The position numbers and the translations under genes were made by a program. This document shows positions 29,791 through 39,793 of a DNA stretch of 64,000 bases, piece after piece. Position 1 is the first letter of the stretch, and each line of letters starts with the position of its first letter. The notes beneath the pieces were generated by a model that ran no database searches, had not been told where the DNA came from, and was given only the letters and a program-made list of their open reading frames with translations. The DNA lies in NCBI GenBank assembly GCA_034669905.1, contig JAXMOL010000008.1, positions 1-64,000 on the forward strand. Direction: 5' to 3'. The stretch comes from Candidatus Hydrogenedentota bacterium (GTDB lineage: Bacteria > Hydrogenedentota > Hydrogenedentia > Hydrogenedentales > JAEUWI01).

Positions 29791-30339
29791 TTAGCGCGCC
29801 AGGCCCCGCTGCTGGGCATAATCGGCCAATTGCTCCCGCAGAATCTTCCGGCCGCGGTAGAGGCGGGACATGACGGTGCCAATCGGGCAGCCCATGATAT
29901 CGGCAATCTCTTTGTAAGACTTTTCTTCCAGATCGGCCATGATGACGGCCTGACGAAAGTCTTCGGGAAGCTCGGCGACGGCATGACGCACTTCGTCGTC
30001 GAGCAATTCCAGCATGGCGTCCACATGATTGATGTCGGCGGCGTTGTTGGGGGTTACAGGAGTTTCTGCGGCTTCGGTGCCCGATAGCTCAACCTGCAGG
30101 GGAAGTCGGGAGCGTTTGCGGTACTCGTTAATAAAGGTGTTGCGAAGGATCGTCAGCAACCAGGCCTTGATATAGGTCCCCTCTTTGAACTTGTCATGAA
30201 AGCGCAGTGCTTTCACCACGGCATTCTGGGTCAGGTCTTCGGCATCGGCCGCGTTGCGGGTGAGATTGAGCGCCACCGCATAGAGCATATCCAGATGCTC
30301 CAGTACCTGTTTTTCGAAATCTGGTGAGCGCTGCGACAA
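29791..30339 (-). CDS. ECF RNA polymerase sigma factor
   Basis: LYAVALNLTRN..DAEDLTQ, KAWLLTILRNTFIN, LPEDFR, SYKEIADIMGCPIGTVMSRLYRGR; start uncertain (TTG at 30339 chosen). Confidence 0.92.
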   Translation of the reverse strand: MSQRSPDFEKQVLEHLDMLYAVALNLTRNAADAEDLTQNAVVKALRFHDKFKEGTYIKAWLLTILRNTFINEYRKRSRLPLQVELSGTEAAETPVTPNNAADINHVDAMLELLDDEVRHAVAELPEDFRQAVIMADLEEKSYKEIADIMGCPIGTVMSRLYRGRKILREQLADYAQQRGLAR

Positions 30340-30626
30340 ACGAGCATCCCGAGGCTGTGTGAAAACCCTGTTGCCGGATCGAAACGACCGCACCAGAGAC
30401 CTTCTGGAGAATACGGTACTCCCCAACACCAGGCCGTGCCACTGGACTCCAGTCCAATGACCGTGACCTTCAAAGGGCACTGGAATCTAATTCATCCGCG
30501 TCCCTTCTCCGTGTAATCGACCGGTTCTATATCTTCGTGATGGTAACAAGGGTATCGCGGACAAGTCAACGCACCGGGCCTGTAATTGCACACTTATCGA
30601 ACACTTTTGCGCAACGACAACCCGTC

Positions 30627-32687
30627 TTACAATGCCAAATCCCGGTAGCCCAGAATACGGGGCCGAAGCACCTGCCACGACGGGTCGGTCAACTCTGGAT
30701 CGTCGGATAGTATTTCGGTAGCACGGGTTCGGGCACGATGAATGAGTCGGCTGTCATGCACCCAGGCGGCCGCGTGGGGATCGTCAAATCCGGCTTGCCG
30801 AAACCCGCTCACCTCCCCCGGTCCGCGCAACTGCAGGTCGGCTTCGGCGAGGTCAAAGCCACTGTCCATTTCGCAGAAAATACGCAGCCGCTCCTTCCCC
30901 TCCTTCGTGCCGGGCTTGCCCAGCAGGAAACAATAGGATTGGGTGCTGCTCCGGCCGACCCGACCTCGGAGCTGGTGCAGTTGCGTCAGGCCAAACTGGT
31001 CGGCATTCTCGATGACAATGGTAGTGGCGCGCGGCACGTCGATACCCACTTCGATTACGGTGGTGGAAAACAGGACGTCAATCTCTCCGGCCACAAAGGC
31101 CGCCATGATGGCGTCTTTTTCACCGGCATCAAGGCGGCCGTGCAGGAGGGCCGTGCGTACGCCTGCCAACGCTTCGGTGGAGAGTTCGGCAAAGTGATCC
31201 TCCACGGCGGTAGCGGTCTGGCGCACTTCGGAGGCTTCAACGAGAGGGCAGACGATAAAACTCTGATACCCGGCCTCCGCCTGCTCCCGAAGATAGTCGT
31301 AGCACCCGGCCACCTTAGACTCGGGCACACAGCGCGTCTTCACCGGCTTTCGGCCGGGCGGCATGGTGTCGATGAGGGAAAGATCCATACCGCCATAGAG
31401 CGTCATCGTCAACGAGCGGGGGATGGGCGTGGCGGTCATGTGCAACACGTCCACCGACGGGCCCTTGGCCTGCAGGGCGGCGCGCTGTGCCACGCCAAAG
31501 CGATGTTGCTCGTCGATGATGACCAGCCCGAGATTGGCGAAGGTGGTATCTTTCTGAAAGAGGGCGTGGGTCCCCACCAGGACGTGCACCATACCGGCGG
31601 CGACCTCGCGACGAATTGCGGCGGCCCCCCGCACACTGCCGGTCAGCAGCGATACGACAATGCCCCGCTCGGAAAACAGGCGGGAAAAGGATTGGTATTG
31701 TTGCTCGGCCAGTAGCTCGGTCGGGGCCATAAAGGCCACCTGGTAGCCCCCGTCGAGGGCGGCGGCCGTGGCGTGGGCGGCCACGATGGTCTTTCCGCTG
31801 CCTACATCGCCCTGCAGTAGCCGGGCCATGGGGTGGGGCACCGCCATATCGTGGAGGATTTCAGAGGTCGCCCGATCCTGCGCCTCCGTCAGCGCAAAGG
31901 GCAAGGCCTTCCCCAGAGCAACGAGATGGGCACCATTGATACGGTGGGCGATGCCCGTCTCGGCCTTGCGGTGGGCATGCTTGTAGCACACCCCCAGTTG
32001 GATAGTGAGAATATGTTCAAAGGCCATCCGCGCCCGGGCCTGGTCGGCCGCCTCGCTGCTTTCCGGAAAATGGATCTGATGGATGCAATCCGAAAGGGCA
32101 GCCAGCCCTTCGGCTTCTCGGACCGCGTCGGGCAGGGTTTCCGGAAGGGTCCCGTCTACGAGGGACAGGGCATCGCGTACGAGGGTGCGTAACATCCGCT
32201 GCCCAACTTGCTCGGTCAGGCGGTAGATAGGCACGATGGCCCCGCTCAACGGCTCATCCGCCTCCCCGCTGTCCACCACCTCATAATCAGGCCCTTTGAG
32301 TGCGAGCCCCTGGTAGCGCTCGACCACGCCATGGAATATGGCCTTCACACCGGGCCGAAGGGTCGAATTGGCCAGGTAGCCCCGGCCGAAGAAGGTTGCC
32401 CGCATCGTACCCGTTTCGTCTTCCAGCGTAAGAATCGCCATGGAGTTCCGGCCCCGCATCCGCTGATTCCGCGCACTCTTCACGGTGGCTAACACGGTTA
32501 CCCGTTCGCCCTCCTCCACCTCACCAATGGCGGCAAAAGATCGGCGGTCCTGGTAGTCCCGGGGAAAGTGGTAGAGCAGATCGCCGATGCATTCAATGCC
32601 CAATTGGGCGAGTAACTCGGCCCGCTTTGGCCCCACCCCGGGCAACAGGGTTACGGGTTGTTTGAGCGTTGGTGCATGTGCGGTCAT
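30627..32687 (-). CDS. recG: ATP-dependent DNA helicase RecG
   Basis: GVGPKR, FPRDYQD wedge domain, LLQGDVGSGKT, DEQHRFG, TATPIPR, FGLTQLHQLRGRVGR, DLQLRGPG. Confidence 0.96.
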   Translation of the reverse strand: MTAHAPTLKQPVTLLPGVGPKRAELLAQLGIECIGDLLYHFPRDYQDRRSFAAIGEVEEGERVTVLATVKSARNQRMRGRNSMAILTLEDETGTMRATFFGRGYLANSTLRPGVKAIFHGVVERYQGLALKGPDYEVVDSGEADEPLSGAIVPIYRLTEQVGQRMLRTLVRDALSLVDGTLPETLPDAVREAEGLAALSDCIHQIHFPESSEAADQARARMAFEHILTIQLGVCYKHAHRKAETGIAHRINGAHLVALGKALPFALTEAQDRATSEILHDMAVPHPMARLLQGDVGSGKTIVAAHATAAALDGGYQVAFMAPTELLAEQQYQSFSRLFSERGIVVSLLTGSVRGAAAIRREVAAGMVHVLVGTHALFQKDTTFANLGLVIIDEQHRFGVAQRAALQAKGPSVDVLHMTATPIPRSLTMTLYGGMDLSLIDTMPPGRKPVKTRCVPESKVAGCYDYLREQAEAGYQSFIVCPLVEASEVRQTATAVEDHFAELSTEALAGVRTALLHGRLDAGEKDAIMAAFVAGEIDVLFSTTVIEVGIDVPRATTIVIENADQFGLTQLHQLRGRVGRSSTQSYCFLLGKPGTKEGKERLRIFCEMDSGFDLAEADLQLRGPGEVSGFRQAGFDDPHAAAWVHDSRLIHRARTRATEILSDDPELTDPSWQVLRPRILGYRDLAL

Positions 32688-32864
32688 GGAAATGCTTTTC
32701 GGAAATCGGTCATCGGGTTTGGGAGCGTGCCGCAACCATACCGAGGGTAACGGCGGGGGCGCAAGTTTCCCCGCTGCCGGGTCGATTCGCCCTGACGGCA
32801 AATGGCGGGGTACAATAGCGCGCTGAACCGCCCCAAGTCTTCCCAACTGGAATACGCGATTGTG

Positions 32865-34505
32865 ATGTCCCGACGCCTCATAGCCCCGCTCTGTACGGTT
32901 TTCTTTCTGGCCCTTGCCTCCACGGCAGGTGCCCACCCCCTGGGCGACTTCTCCATTAACCAATACTTCGTGGTTGATGCGACGCAGCCGACCCTCCGAC
33001 TCCACTATCTGCTGGACGTGGCCGAGATTCCCTCCTTCACGGAGCTGGATATGCTCGACACCAATTTCGACAGTGAAATTAAGAAGGACGAAGTCGAACG
33101 CTACCTGGAACAGCGCATCCCCCAATTAGAGGCCCAACTGGCCCTGGAAGTTGGTGGGAATGAAACGCCGCTGACGCTCCTGCGCCACAAACTGGTGTTG
33201 CTCCAGGGCAACAGCGGCATGGTGGTCTTCAATATTCTACTGGACCTGGAGGCCCGGGACCTGGCCTGGCCGCCTTCGGACACGACGAAACTCACCGTTC
33301 GTTCCTCCAATTATCCGCTGGAACAGGGCACCCACGAGTGCCTGCTCTTGCCCGGTAGCCAGCTGATGGACGTGACGGAAAGCAACGCGGATGGGCTAAC
33401 GGGCGTCAACGACCTGCCCGGCGTCTACACCAACCGGGAAGCGCAGTTTGTGTTGACGCTCCGCCCGGGAACTACGGCGATGGCCTATCCCACCGCCGAA
33501 GACGCATCAACCTTTTCGTGGACATCGACGGTGCGGCTTGCCGAAGCCCAGGGCGAGGCCGGGGTGGCGGAGGGCATGGCGCAGGCCATGGTGGAGCCCG
33601 GATTCCAAGATGACTTCCCGGGAGGGCCGGGAAAACCCATCCTGTCCATCGCGAGCGATGTGTCTCCCGCCACCTTCGCAACGGGGACGCGGACCGCAGA
33701 GGACAGCTATGCCGCCCGCCTCATGAACCGGGTGTCGGTCATTGTGCGGGAGCCGGATCTCGCGCCTTCCCTGCTGGTTTTGGGGCTGTTGATAGCCGCA
33801 CTGTTGGGCATGGGCCATGCCCTTGCGCCGGGCCATGGTAAGACGGTGATGGCGGCCTATCTGGTGGGGGAACGGGGCACCATGTGGCATGCCCTGATAT
33901 TGGGCGTCGTGGTCACCATCACGCACACCTGGAGCGTTATTTTCCTGGGGCTCGTGACCCTGTACTTTGACGATTGGCTCTCGGAGGAACAGGTCAATTT
34001 CTGGACCGGAATCCTCTCGGGACTCATCATCGTTGTCATCGGTCTGGTCTTATTTCGCCAACGCTACTATCGGCTACTGGCCGACGCCCAGGGCAAGGGC
34101 GGCGACTGGCAGTTCGCACATGGCCATGACCATGTGCCCGAAGAAAAGACGCTGCTCGTGGAACCCGGGGCGGCACCAAGCTACCGAAACATCCTTTGGT
34201 TGGGGATTTCTGGTGGTATCGTGCCCTGCCCGGCGGCCCTCATTGTGCTGCTCCTCGCCCTTAAGGTGGGACGTTTAAGCTATGGTCTTGGCCTGCTGGT
34301 AGCCTTCAGCCTGGGATTGGCAGCTGTGCTCGTGCTTATCGGCATCCTGGTGGTGCGGGCATCCCGACTTTTTCAGCGGCAAAGTGCGGTGCGTCACCCC
34401 GTGATTCAGGCACTTCCCCTCGCATCTGCGGGGCTGATCACCCTCCTTGGGGGCTGGGTCGTCTTCTGGACCCTCATCCAATTTGACTTGTTCCAAATCG
34501 GATGA
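32865..34505 (+). CDS. Ni/Co transporter (RcnA/NicO family) fused to an N-terminal exported domain
   Basis: Signal ending AHPLGDFSIN; HALAPGHGKTVMAAYL, THT, HGHDH, GGIVPCPAA, FSLGLA. Confidence 0.88.
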   Translation: MSRRLIAPLCTVFFLALASTAGAHPLGDFSINQYFVVDATQPTLRLHYLLDVAEIPSFTELDMLDTNFDSEIKKDEVERYLEQRIPQLEAQLALEVGGNETPLTLLRHKLVLLQGNSGMVVFNILLDLEARDLAWPPSDTTKLTVRSSNYPLEQGTHECLLLPGSQLMDVTESNADGLTGVNDLPGVYTNREAQFVLTLRPGTTAMAYPTAEDASTFSWTSTVRLAEAQGEAGVAEGMAQAMVEPGFQDDFPGGPGKPILSIASDVSPATFATGTRTAEDSYAARLMNRVSVIVREPDLAPSLLVLGLLIAALLGMGHALAPGHGKTVMAAYLVGERGTMWHALILGVVVTITHTWSVIFLGLVTLYFDDWLSEEQVNFWTGILSGLIIVVIGLVLFRQRYYRLLADAQGKGGDWQFAHGHDHVPEEKTLLVEPGAAPSYRNILWLGISGGIVPCPAALIVLLLALKVGRLSYGLGLLVAFSLGLAAVLVLIGILVVRASRLFQRQSAVRHPVIQALPLASAGLITLLGGWVVFWTLIQFDLFQIG

Positions 34506-35013
34506 GGCCTCTCGCCTGCCCCTGACGCCCTGCCCGTCCCTCGGCCACAATTCATGGGAAAATGGCGAATACTGTTCCCTTTGGACGACTTTTGGTCTCA
34601 TAATACGACCATTTTGTAATAGATCTGTCACACCCCATGGTCAAACAGGGGTGATCTTCCATAAAAACCCGAAGTCGGCCTACATGAATGTACGCTTTCA
34701 TTTTTTAGACAAGTTGTGTATACTAAGGGTGGATTTAGGCACGATAGACCGAGAGCGGGGCGACAGTTCCGCTTTTTTTTCTGCCCATTTCCATAACCCC
34801 CTCGGAGGCGACCGTGCGCACCGTCGCCTCTCTTTCTTTACCGAACGGTACGTTAGTACACCCTTGCAGCCAAGCGGCCCCATCGTCTAGGATGGGAACG
34901 TGCCGCCACCGTGCCGCCCTTCGGAACGCATGGTGGCTCCGGCACACCCCACGTTTTTTTCGACCGCGTTCCCCTGCGGTGACCCTACAACACTAATCAC
35001 GAGAGGGATTCCT

Positions 35014-36288
35014 GTGAAGACTACCCCCACCTCCAAAAGCACCCGGCGCCAGTTTCTCGGCACGTCGGCAGCGATTGGCCTCTTTACCATCGTTCCCCGG
35101 AAGGCCCTCGGCGGCCCCGGACATACCCCCCCCAGTGAAGAACTCACCAAGGCCGTGATCGGCGTAGGCGGCATGGGCCGGGGACACCTCGGCTACCCGG
35201 GCTCCCGATTGCTGGCCGTCTGTGACGTCGATCGTGCCCATGTCAACACGGCACTCGAACGGGTCGATGATTACGTCAAGGGCTATTCCGATTTCCGCGA
35301 AGTACTGGATCGGGATGATATCGACATTGTCCACGTGCCGACCCCGCCCCACTGGCACGCCCTGATTTCCATCGCCGCCGCCGAAGCCGGCAAAGACATC
35401 TGGTGTGAAAAGCCCATGGCCCGCACCATCTATGAGAGCCAGAAGGTGGTGGAAGCGGTGCAAAAGCACGACCGCATGTTCCGCCTGAATACCTGGTTCC
35501 GCTTCCAAGGCGGCTTTTACGGGATGGGCACCGAAGTGAAGCCCATTAAGAAGTGCGTGGAAAACCGCCTCCTGGGCTGGCCCCTCAAGGTCACCGTGGG
35601 TGCGACCACCGGCTTCAACTGGAAATTTCAGTGGAGCGGCCTGACGGACCTCAAGCCCGAGCCTATCCCCGAGACCCTCGACTACGACATGTGGCTCGGA
35701 CCGGCGCCCTGGAAGCCCTACAGCAAGCACCGCACCCATGCCACCTTCCGGGGCTATTGGGATTACGACGGCGGCGGCCTGGGCGACATGGGCCAGCACT
35801 ACCTGGACCCGGTGCAGTACTTCCTCGAGAAGGACGACACAAGTCCGGTAGAAATTGAAGTGGACGCACCCCAACAGCACGATGATGCCGTGGGCTCCTG
35901 GCGGCGTATCACCTATCGCTATGCCGATGGCTGCGAGATCATTCTCGATGGCGCGGGCACGGACGAAGGGGTGGCCTATATCGAAGGTCCGGAAGGAAAA
36001 CTCTTCCAGAAATTCGAATCGGACATAACCGGCCTGAAAGAAAAGGTAGACGCCCTGCCCGATCCCGCGCCCCAGATTACGGACTTCTCCGAATCGGTCC
36101 GGACCCGTAAGAAGTTTGCCCTCAACGAATCCAACGGCCACCGCTCCTGCACCCTCGTCAACCTGGGGGTCATCGCGGTGCGGCTGGGGCGCAACCTGCG
36201 CTTTGACCCCGATGCCCAGCGCTTCATTGATGACGAAGGGGCCAATCGCCTCCTCCATCAACCCATGCGCGGACCCTGGCACGTATAG
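35014..36288 (+). CDS. Tat-exported Gfo/Idh/MocA oxidoreductase
   Basis: STRRQFLG Tat motif; IGVGGMG, TPPHWHA, CEKP, DMWLGPAP, DMGQH. Confidence 0.92.
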   Translation: MKTTPTSKSTRRQFLGTSAAIGLFTIVPRKALGGPGHTPPSEELTKAVIGVGGMGRGHLGYPGSRLLAVCDVDRAHVNTALERVDDYVKGYSDFREVLDRDDIDIVHVPTPPHWHALISIAAAEAGKDIWCEKPMARTIYESQKVVEAVQKHDRMFRLNTWFRFQGGFYGMGTEVKPIKKCVENRLLGWPLKVTVGATTGFNWKFQWSGLTDLKPEPIPETLDYDMWLGPAPWKPYSKHRTHATFRGYWDYDGGGLGDMGQHYLDPVQYFLEKDDTSPVEIEVDAPQQHDDAVGSWRRITYRYADGCEIILDGAGTDEGVAYIEGPEGKLFQKFESDITGLKEKVDALPDPAPQITDFSESVRTRKKFALNESNGHRSCTLVNLGVIAVRLGRNLRFDPDAQRFIDDEGANRLLHQPMRGPWHV

Positions 36289-36341
36289 CAACGACAATTC
36301 ACCCCCGCGCAAGACGCCCGGGTGGTTGAGAGGATAGCTTG

Positions 36342-37199
36342 ATGATACAGAAGATGAATCCATTGGCGCTCGGCCTCGCTGCATTGGTCGCGGGCCTTTG
36401 CGCTCCCCTGGCCGGTGCCGATGTGGCCGCCATTGTGGCCCAGTTTCCCGCCAACGATGCCGCCGCAGCCAACGCCCTGTTTGAAGCCCTCCTCGATGAA
36501 GGAGACGATGCCATCGAAGGGCTTTGTGACCAACTGGTGCCCCTGGGTGCCGGTGACGACAATGGGCCCCGCTACGCCCTGACCGGTCTGGCCCGCTATG
36601 TGAGCCGTCCCGGTGCGGAAGAGGACCGGGAAGACGTGGAGGACGCCCTCCTGGAAGCCCTGGAAGATGAAGACAACGCGGAAGTGAAGCAGTTTCTGCT
36701 CCGCCAGTTACAGCAGTGCGGTGGCAATGAAACGGTATCCGAAGTGGGCGGGCTGCTCCTCGACGACGCAACCGCCTCCCATACCATCCTCACGCTCGAC
36801 GCTATTGGCACGAGGAAGGCCAAGCGGACGCTCACCAAGGCGCTGAAGAAAACGAAAGGCACCACCCAGATCCAGATCCTGGCGGCCCTTTCCGACGATG
36901 GTCGTAATCGCACGGCGGCTAATGTGATCGAAGATCGCCTCCAAGCCCAGCCCGAAGCCGATGAATACGTCCATCTGCTCTCCCTGCTGGTGGCCTTCCA
37001 GGGCCACAAGGCCCACGGCGCCCTCATCGACGCCATGGACCGGGAAGAAGCCCGTTGCCGGAAAGCCGCACTGAGTCACGCCTCCACCATGATGGACACG
37101 TCTGCGGTGAAGAAGTGGCGGAAAAAGGTGGCGGACGCCGATACGTCGGACGCGGTGAAGCGGGAGATTGGGGCCTTGCTGGCCGCCGCTTCCGAGTAG
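36342..37199 (+). CDS. Secreted HEAT-repeat protein
   Basis: Signal peptide; RYALTGLARYV, VKQFLLRQLQ..G, LLLD....A...L..IG helical repeats. Confidence 0.75.
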   Translation: MIQKMNPLALGLAALVAGLCAPLAGADVAAIVAQFPANDAAAANALFEALLDEGDDAIEGLCDQLVPLGAGDDNGPRYALTGLARYVSRPGAEEDREDVEDALLEALEDEDNAEVKQFLLRQLQQCGGNETVSEVGGLLLDDATASHTILTLDAIGTRKAKRTLTKALKKTKGTTQIQILAALSDDGRNRTAANVIEDRLQAQPEADEYVHLLSLLVAFQGHKAHGALIDAMDREEARCRKAALSHASTMMDTSAVKKWRKKVADADTSDAVKREIGALLAAASE

Positions 37200-37224
37200 C
37201 AACATATCGAATCGTTTGTGTCTG

Positions 37225-37256
37225 AATGGCCCCGAATACTCGGGGCCATTTTCTTT
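37225..37256 (+). terminator. Intrinsic terminator
   Basis: AATGGCCCCGA-ATAC-TCGGGGCCATT followed by TTCTTT. Confidence 0.75.
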
Positions 37257-37392
37257 AACGTGGAAGTCACTCTCGCGCCCGCACAAGCCGATTCGATCAT
37301 TCGGCGGTGCCATGACATTCCGTAGATAGCATAAAAACGCTCCCCACACGATCCGGATAGATTTGGCAGAAGGAATTTGAGACACTGGGGCC

Positions 37393-38457
37393 ATGAACGA
37401 AAGCAACAGCCCCGACAACCACGACGACCTCTTGTGGAACGCCATTGCCTCCCGTGACGGACGCTTCGATGGGGTCCTCTTTTATGGGGTCACCTCAACG
37501 GGCATCTTTTGCAAGCCCACGTGTCCCAGCCGACGGCCTGCCCGGGCGAACGCCCGCTTTTTCTCGTGTCCGGAGGATGCCGTGGCCGCTGGATTTCGTC
37601 CCTGCAAACGGTGTACGCCGGACGTTATCCCAGCGGTCAACGAGAATGTGACGCGGGTGATGCAGGCCGTGCGCTTCATCGATGCCCACGACACACGGAA
37701 CCCGACCTTGCGCATCCTGGGTGCCCACGTGGGACTGAGTCCCCAGCACTTTCAAAAGCTCTTCACCGCCACCCTCGGGGTAAGTCCCCAGCAGTATGCC
37801 ACGGCCCTGCGGGTCAATCGCTTTAAGCAACAGGTGCAGGCCGGGGAATCGCTCACCGACGCCGCGCTCGATGCCGGTTTCGGCTCCTCCAGCCGACTCT
37901 ACGAACGGGCGGCCGAACACCTGGGCATGACACCGGGGCGCTACAAGAAACAGGGCGCGGGGCTCACCATCCGTTACCATCATGGGGAAACCGCGCTGGG
38001 CATCCTGCTGCTGGCTGCCACGGAGCAGGGCCTGTGCAGCGTACAGTTGGGCGACACGGTGGCACCTCTATTGGCGGAACTGGAGCAGGAGTTCGCCCAG
38101 GCCACACGCATTCGGGATGGCCAGACCCTGGGCCCCTGGCTCGATGCCTTTCGGGCCTACCTCGATGGCACGGAGCGCCTGCCCGAGTTTCCCCTCGATG
38201 TGCAGGCGACGGCCTTTCAGGCGCGGGTGTGGCAGGCCCTCCGGAACATCCCCCGGGGCCAGACCCTGAGCTATTCCGAACTGGCCCAGGCCATCGGGGA
38301 ACCCAACGCCACCCGGGCGGTCGCCAGTGCCTGTGCCCGCAACCCGGTGGCCTTGACCATCCCCTGCCACCGTATCGTGCCCCGGACGGGTGGCTTCGGT
38401 GGCTATCGCTGGGACCCGAAACGCAAAAAGCGTCTCCTGGAGATAGAACGGTTTTGA
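37393..38457 (+). CDS. ada: Bifunctional regulator / O6-methylguanine-DNA methyltransferase Ada
   Basis: STGIFCKPTCPSR and FRPCKRC Zn site, AraC HTH, FQ.RVW..L..IP.G, IPCHR active site. Confidence 0.95.
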   Translation: MNESNSPDNHDDLLWNAIASRDGRFDGVLFYGVTSTGIFCKPTCPSRRPARANARFFSCPEDAVAAGFRPCKRCTPDVIPAVNENVTRVMQAVRFIDAHDTRNPTLRILGAHVGLSPQHFQKLFTATLGVSPQQYATALRVNRFKQQVQAGESLTDAALDAGFGSSSRLYERAAEHLGMTPGRYKKQGAGLTIRYHHGETALGILLLAATEQGLCSVQLGDTVAPLLAELEQEFAQATRIRDGQTLGPWLDAFRAYLDGTERLPEFPLDVQATAFQARVWQALRNIPRGQTLSYSELAQAIGEPNATRAVASACARNPVALTIPCHRIVPRTGGFGGYRWDPKRKKRLLEIERF

Positions 38458-38489
38458 CAGTGGATAGTGGACAGTGGATAGTGGATAGT
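38455..38489 (+). repeat. Heptamer tandem repeat (TGGAYAG), about 4.5 copies
   Basis: TGACAG TGGATAG TGGACAG TGGATAG TGGATAG, beginning at the ada stop codon. Confidence 0.85.
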
Positions 38490-38507
38490 TTGAAACTGTG
38501 AATTGTG

Positions 38508-38632
38508 CCTTCACCCTTCACCCTTCACCCTTCACCCTTCACCCTTCACCCTTCACCCTTCACCCTTCACCCTTCACCCTTCACCCTTCACCCTTCACCC
38601 TTCACCCTTCACCCTTCACCCTTCACCCTTCA
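38508..38632. repeat. Perfect heptamer tandem repeat (CCTTCAC)x17 plus a partial unit
   Basis: Directly visible; reads (TGAAGGG)n on the minus strand. Confidence 0.98.
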
Positions 38633-39545
38633 AACTCAACCCTTTCAGGGTGATTTCACAATCGTAGGGACCCGGCACTTCCCAGCCGAGGTTGAAGGAG
38701 GTCAGTTGGAGATCTTCGAAGGCGGTATGGATCAGAAATCCCTTGGCCTGCGAAGCGGCCAACGCTTCTTGGAGTAAGGCCACGAGATCGCCACGTAAGG
38801 CATGCCACTTCCCGTCACCGGTGGCTCCCTGATAAAAGTCTTTGCCCGGCAAGGTGCAAATAAACTTGCCCGTCGCGTCGTCTTTCCCGATGTCCAGCGC
38901 CTGGTGGCCGGGGGGCAGGTCGTAGCGCACGTCAAACATGGGCAGGCCAAACCAGATCATATCGTTGAAATCGGGACTCGCCCCATTCTTATTGTGGACG
39001 GTGAAGAACGCGGTAATCTGACCGGTGTGGGCACCGGGGTCCACTGTTTTCTCGGTAGCGACCTCGCACCGGGCCACGCGGAAGTCTAAGCTGAAATCGG
39101 CCGTTGCATAATCGGCCAATCGCACAGGCGTGTCAAAGCGCTGCTCCACCAAGAGGTGGGGCCAGGGCTCGCCTTTCTTGCGCAACGCGCCGCTATACTC
39201 CACCCCACCATTTACCCTCAGGGTGACGCCTTGGCCCGCGAGGCCGCCGGGATGGATGACCACTTCCTTGGCGGCATTTTTCATGACGCGCGTGCCGTCA
39301 TTCTCGACCGATACTGGCGCGCCTTCCAGGCTGTATTGGGTGCCCCATTGGGCCAGTCGCCACGCCGGGTCCGGAGCTTCCGGTTCTTGAAGAATGGGCC
39401 CCAGGATCAGCGGGGTGGCCCCCGAATGCACCGCCGAAAGGTTCAGGCCCTGCTTGAGCGCCAGATCGGTAAACAATTCCGTTCCGTGCACGGGCATAAC
39501 GGAAAGCAGGAAGATGGCGGGGATAAAGAAACTGCGCATTAACAT
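38616..39545 (-). CDS. Secreted hypothetical protein (possible carbohydrate-related beta-sandwich)
   Basis: Signal peptide; WRLAQW, WPHLLVEQ, WFGLPMFD.R, NLGWEVPG; stop codon lies inside the heptamer repeat. Confidence 0.75.
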   Translation of the reverse strand: MLMRSFFIPAIFLLSVMPVHGTELFTDLALKQGLNLSAVHSGATPLILGPILQEPEAPDPAWRLAQWGTQYSLEGAPVSVENDGTRVMKNAAKEVVIHPGGLAGQGVTLRVNGGVEYSGALRKKGEPWPHLLVEQRFDTPVRLADYATADFSLDFRVARCEVATEKTVDPGAHTGQITAFFTVHNKNGASPDFNDMIWFGLPMFDVRYDLPPGHQALDIGKDDATGKFICTLPGKDFYQGATGDGKWHALRGDLVALLQEALAASQAKGFLIHTAFEDLQLTSFNLGWEVPGPYDCEITLKGLSLKGEG

Positions 39546-39793
39546 GTACTACCTTTCTCGGGTCAGGACCGAGTGGTCACTGACCGCATACTACCTCGCG
39601 GCATGTTGGTTTGTTCATCGCATAGGTAGCGCCCGTCCCCGTAGAATGGATCGACCAAAGACCGTGCCGCTACGGTGTTCTTTGGTCAACGGTCGCGCCG
39701 CGAATTTCAATATAATGCCTCTGTGCCCCCTGCGCACGTATATCGCCAAGCTCGTCTTTCTCGCTGACTGACCGTCGCGCGGTGTGCCCCAAT

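Noticed and set aside
34689..34750. Third copy of the TGTCTA/TAGACA operator
   Set aside because: Only a TAGACA half-site; the N8 palindromic spacing is not met
38508..38632. Possible CRISPR array, or the PSPFTLH-repeat ORF at 38505-38777
   Set aside because: Pure 7-bp tandem repeat with no spacers and no cas genes; the ORF is just the translated repeat antisense to a real gene
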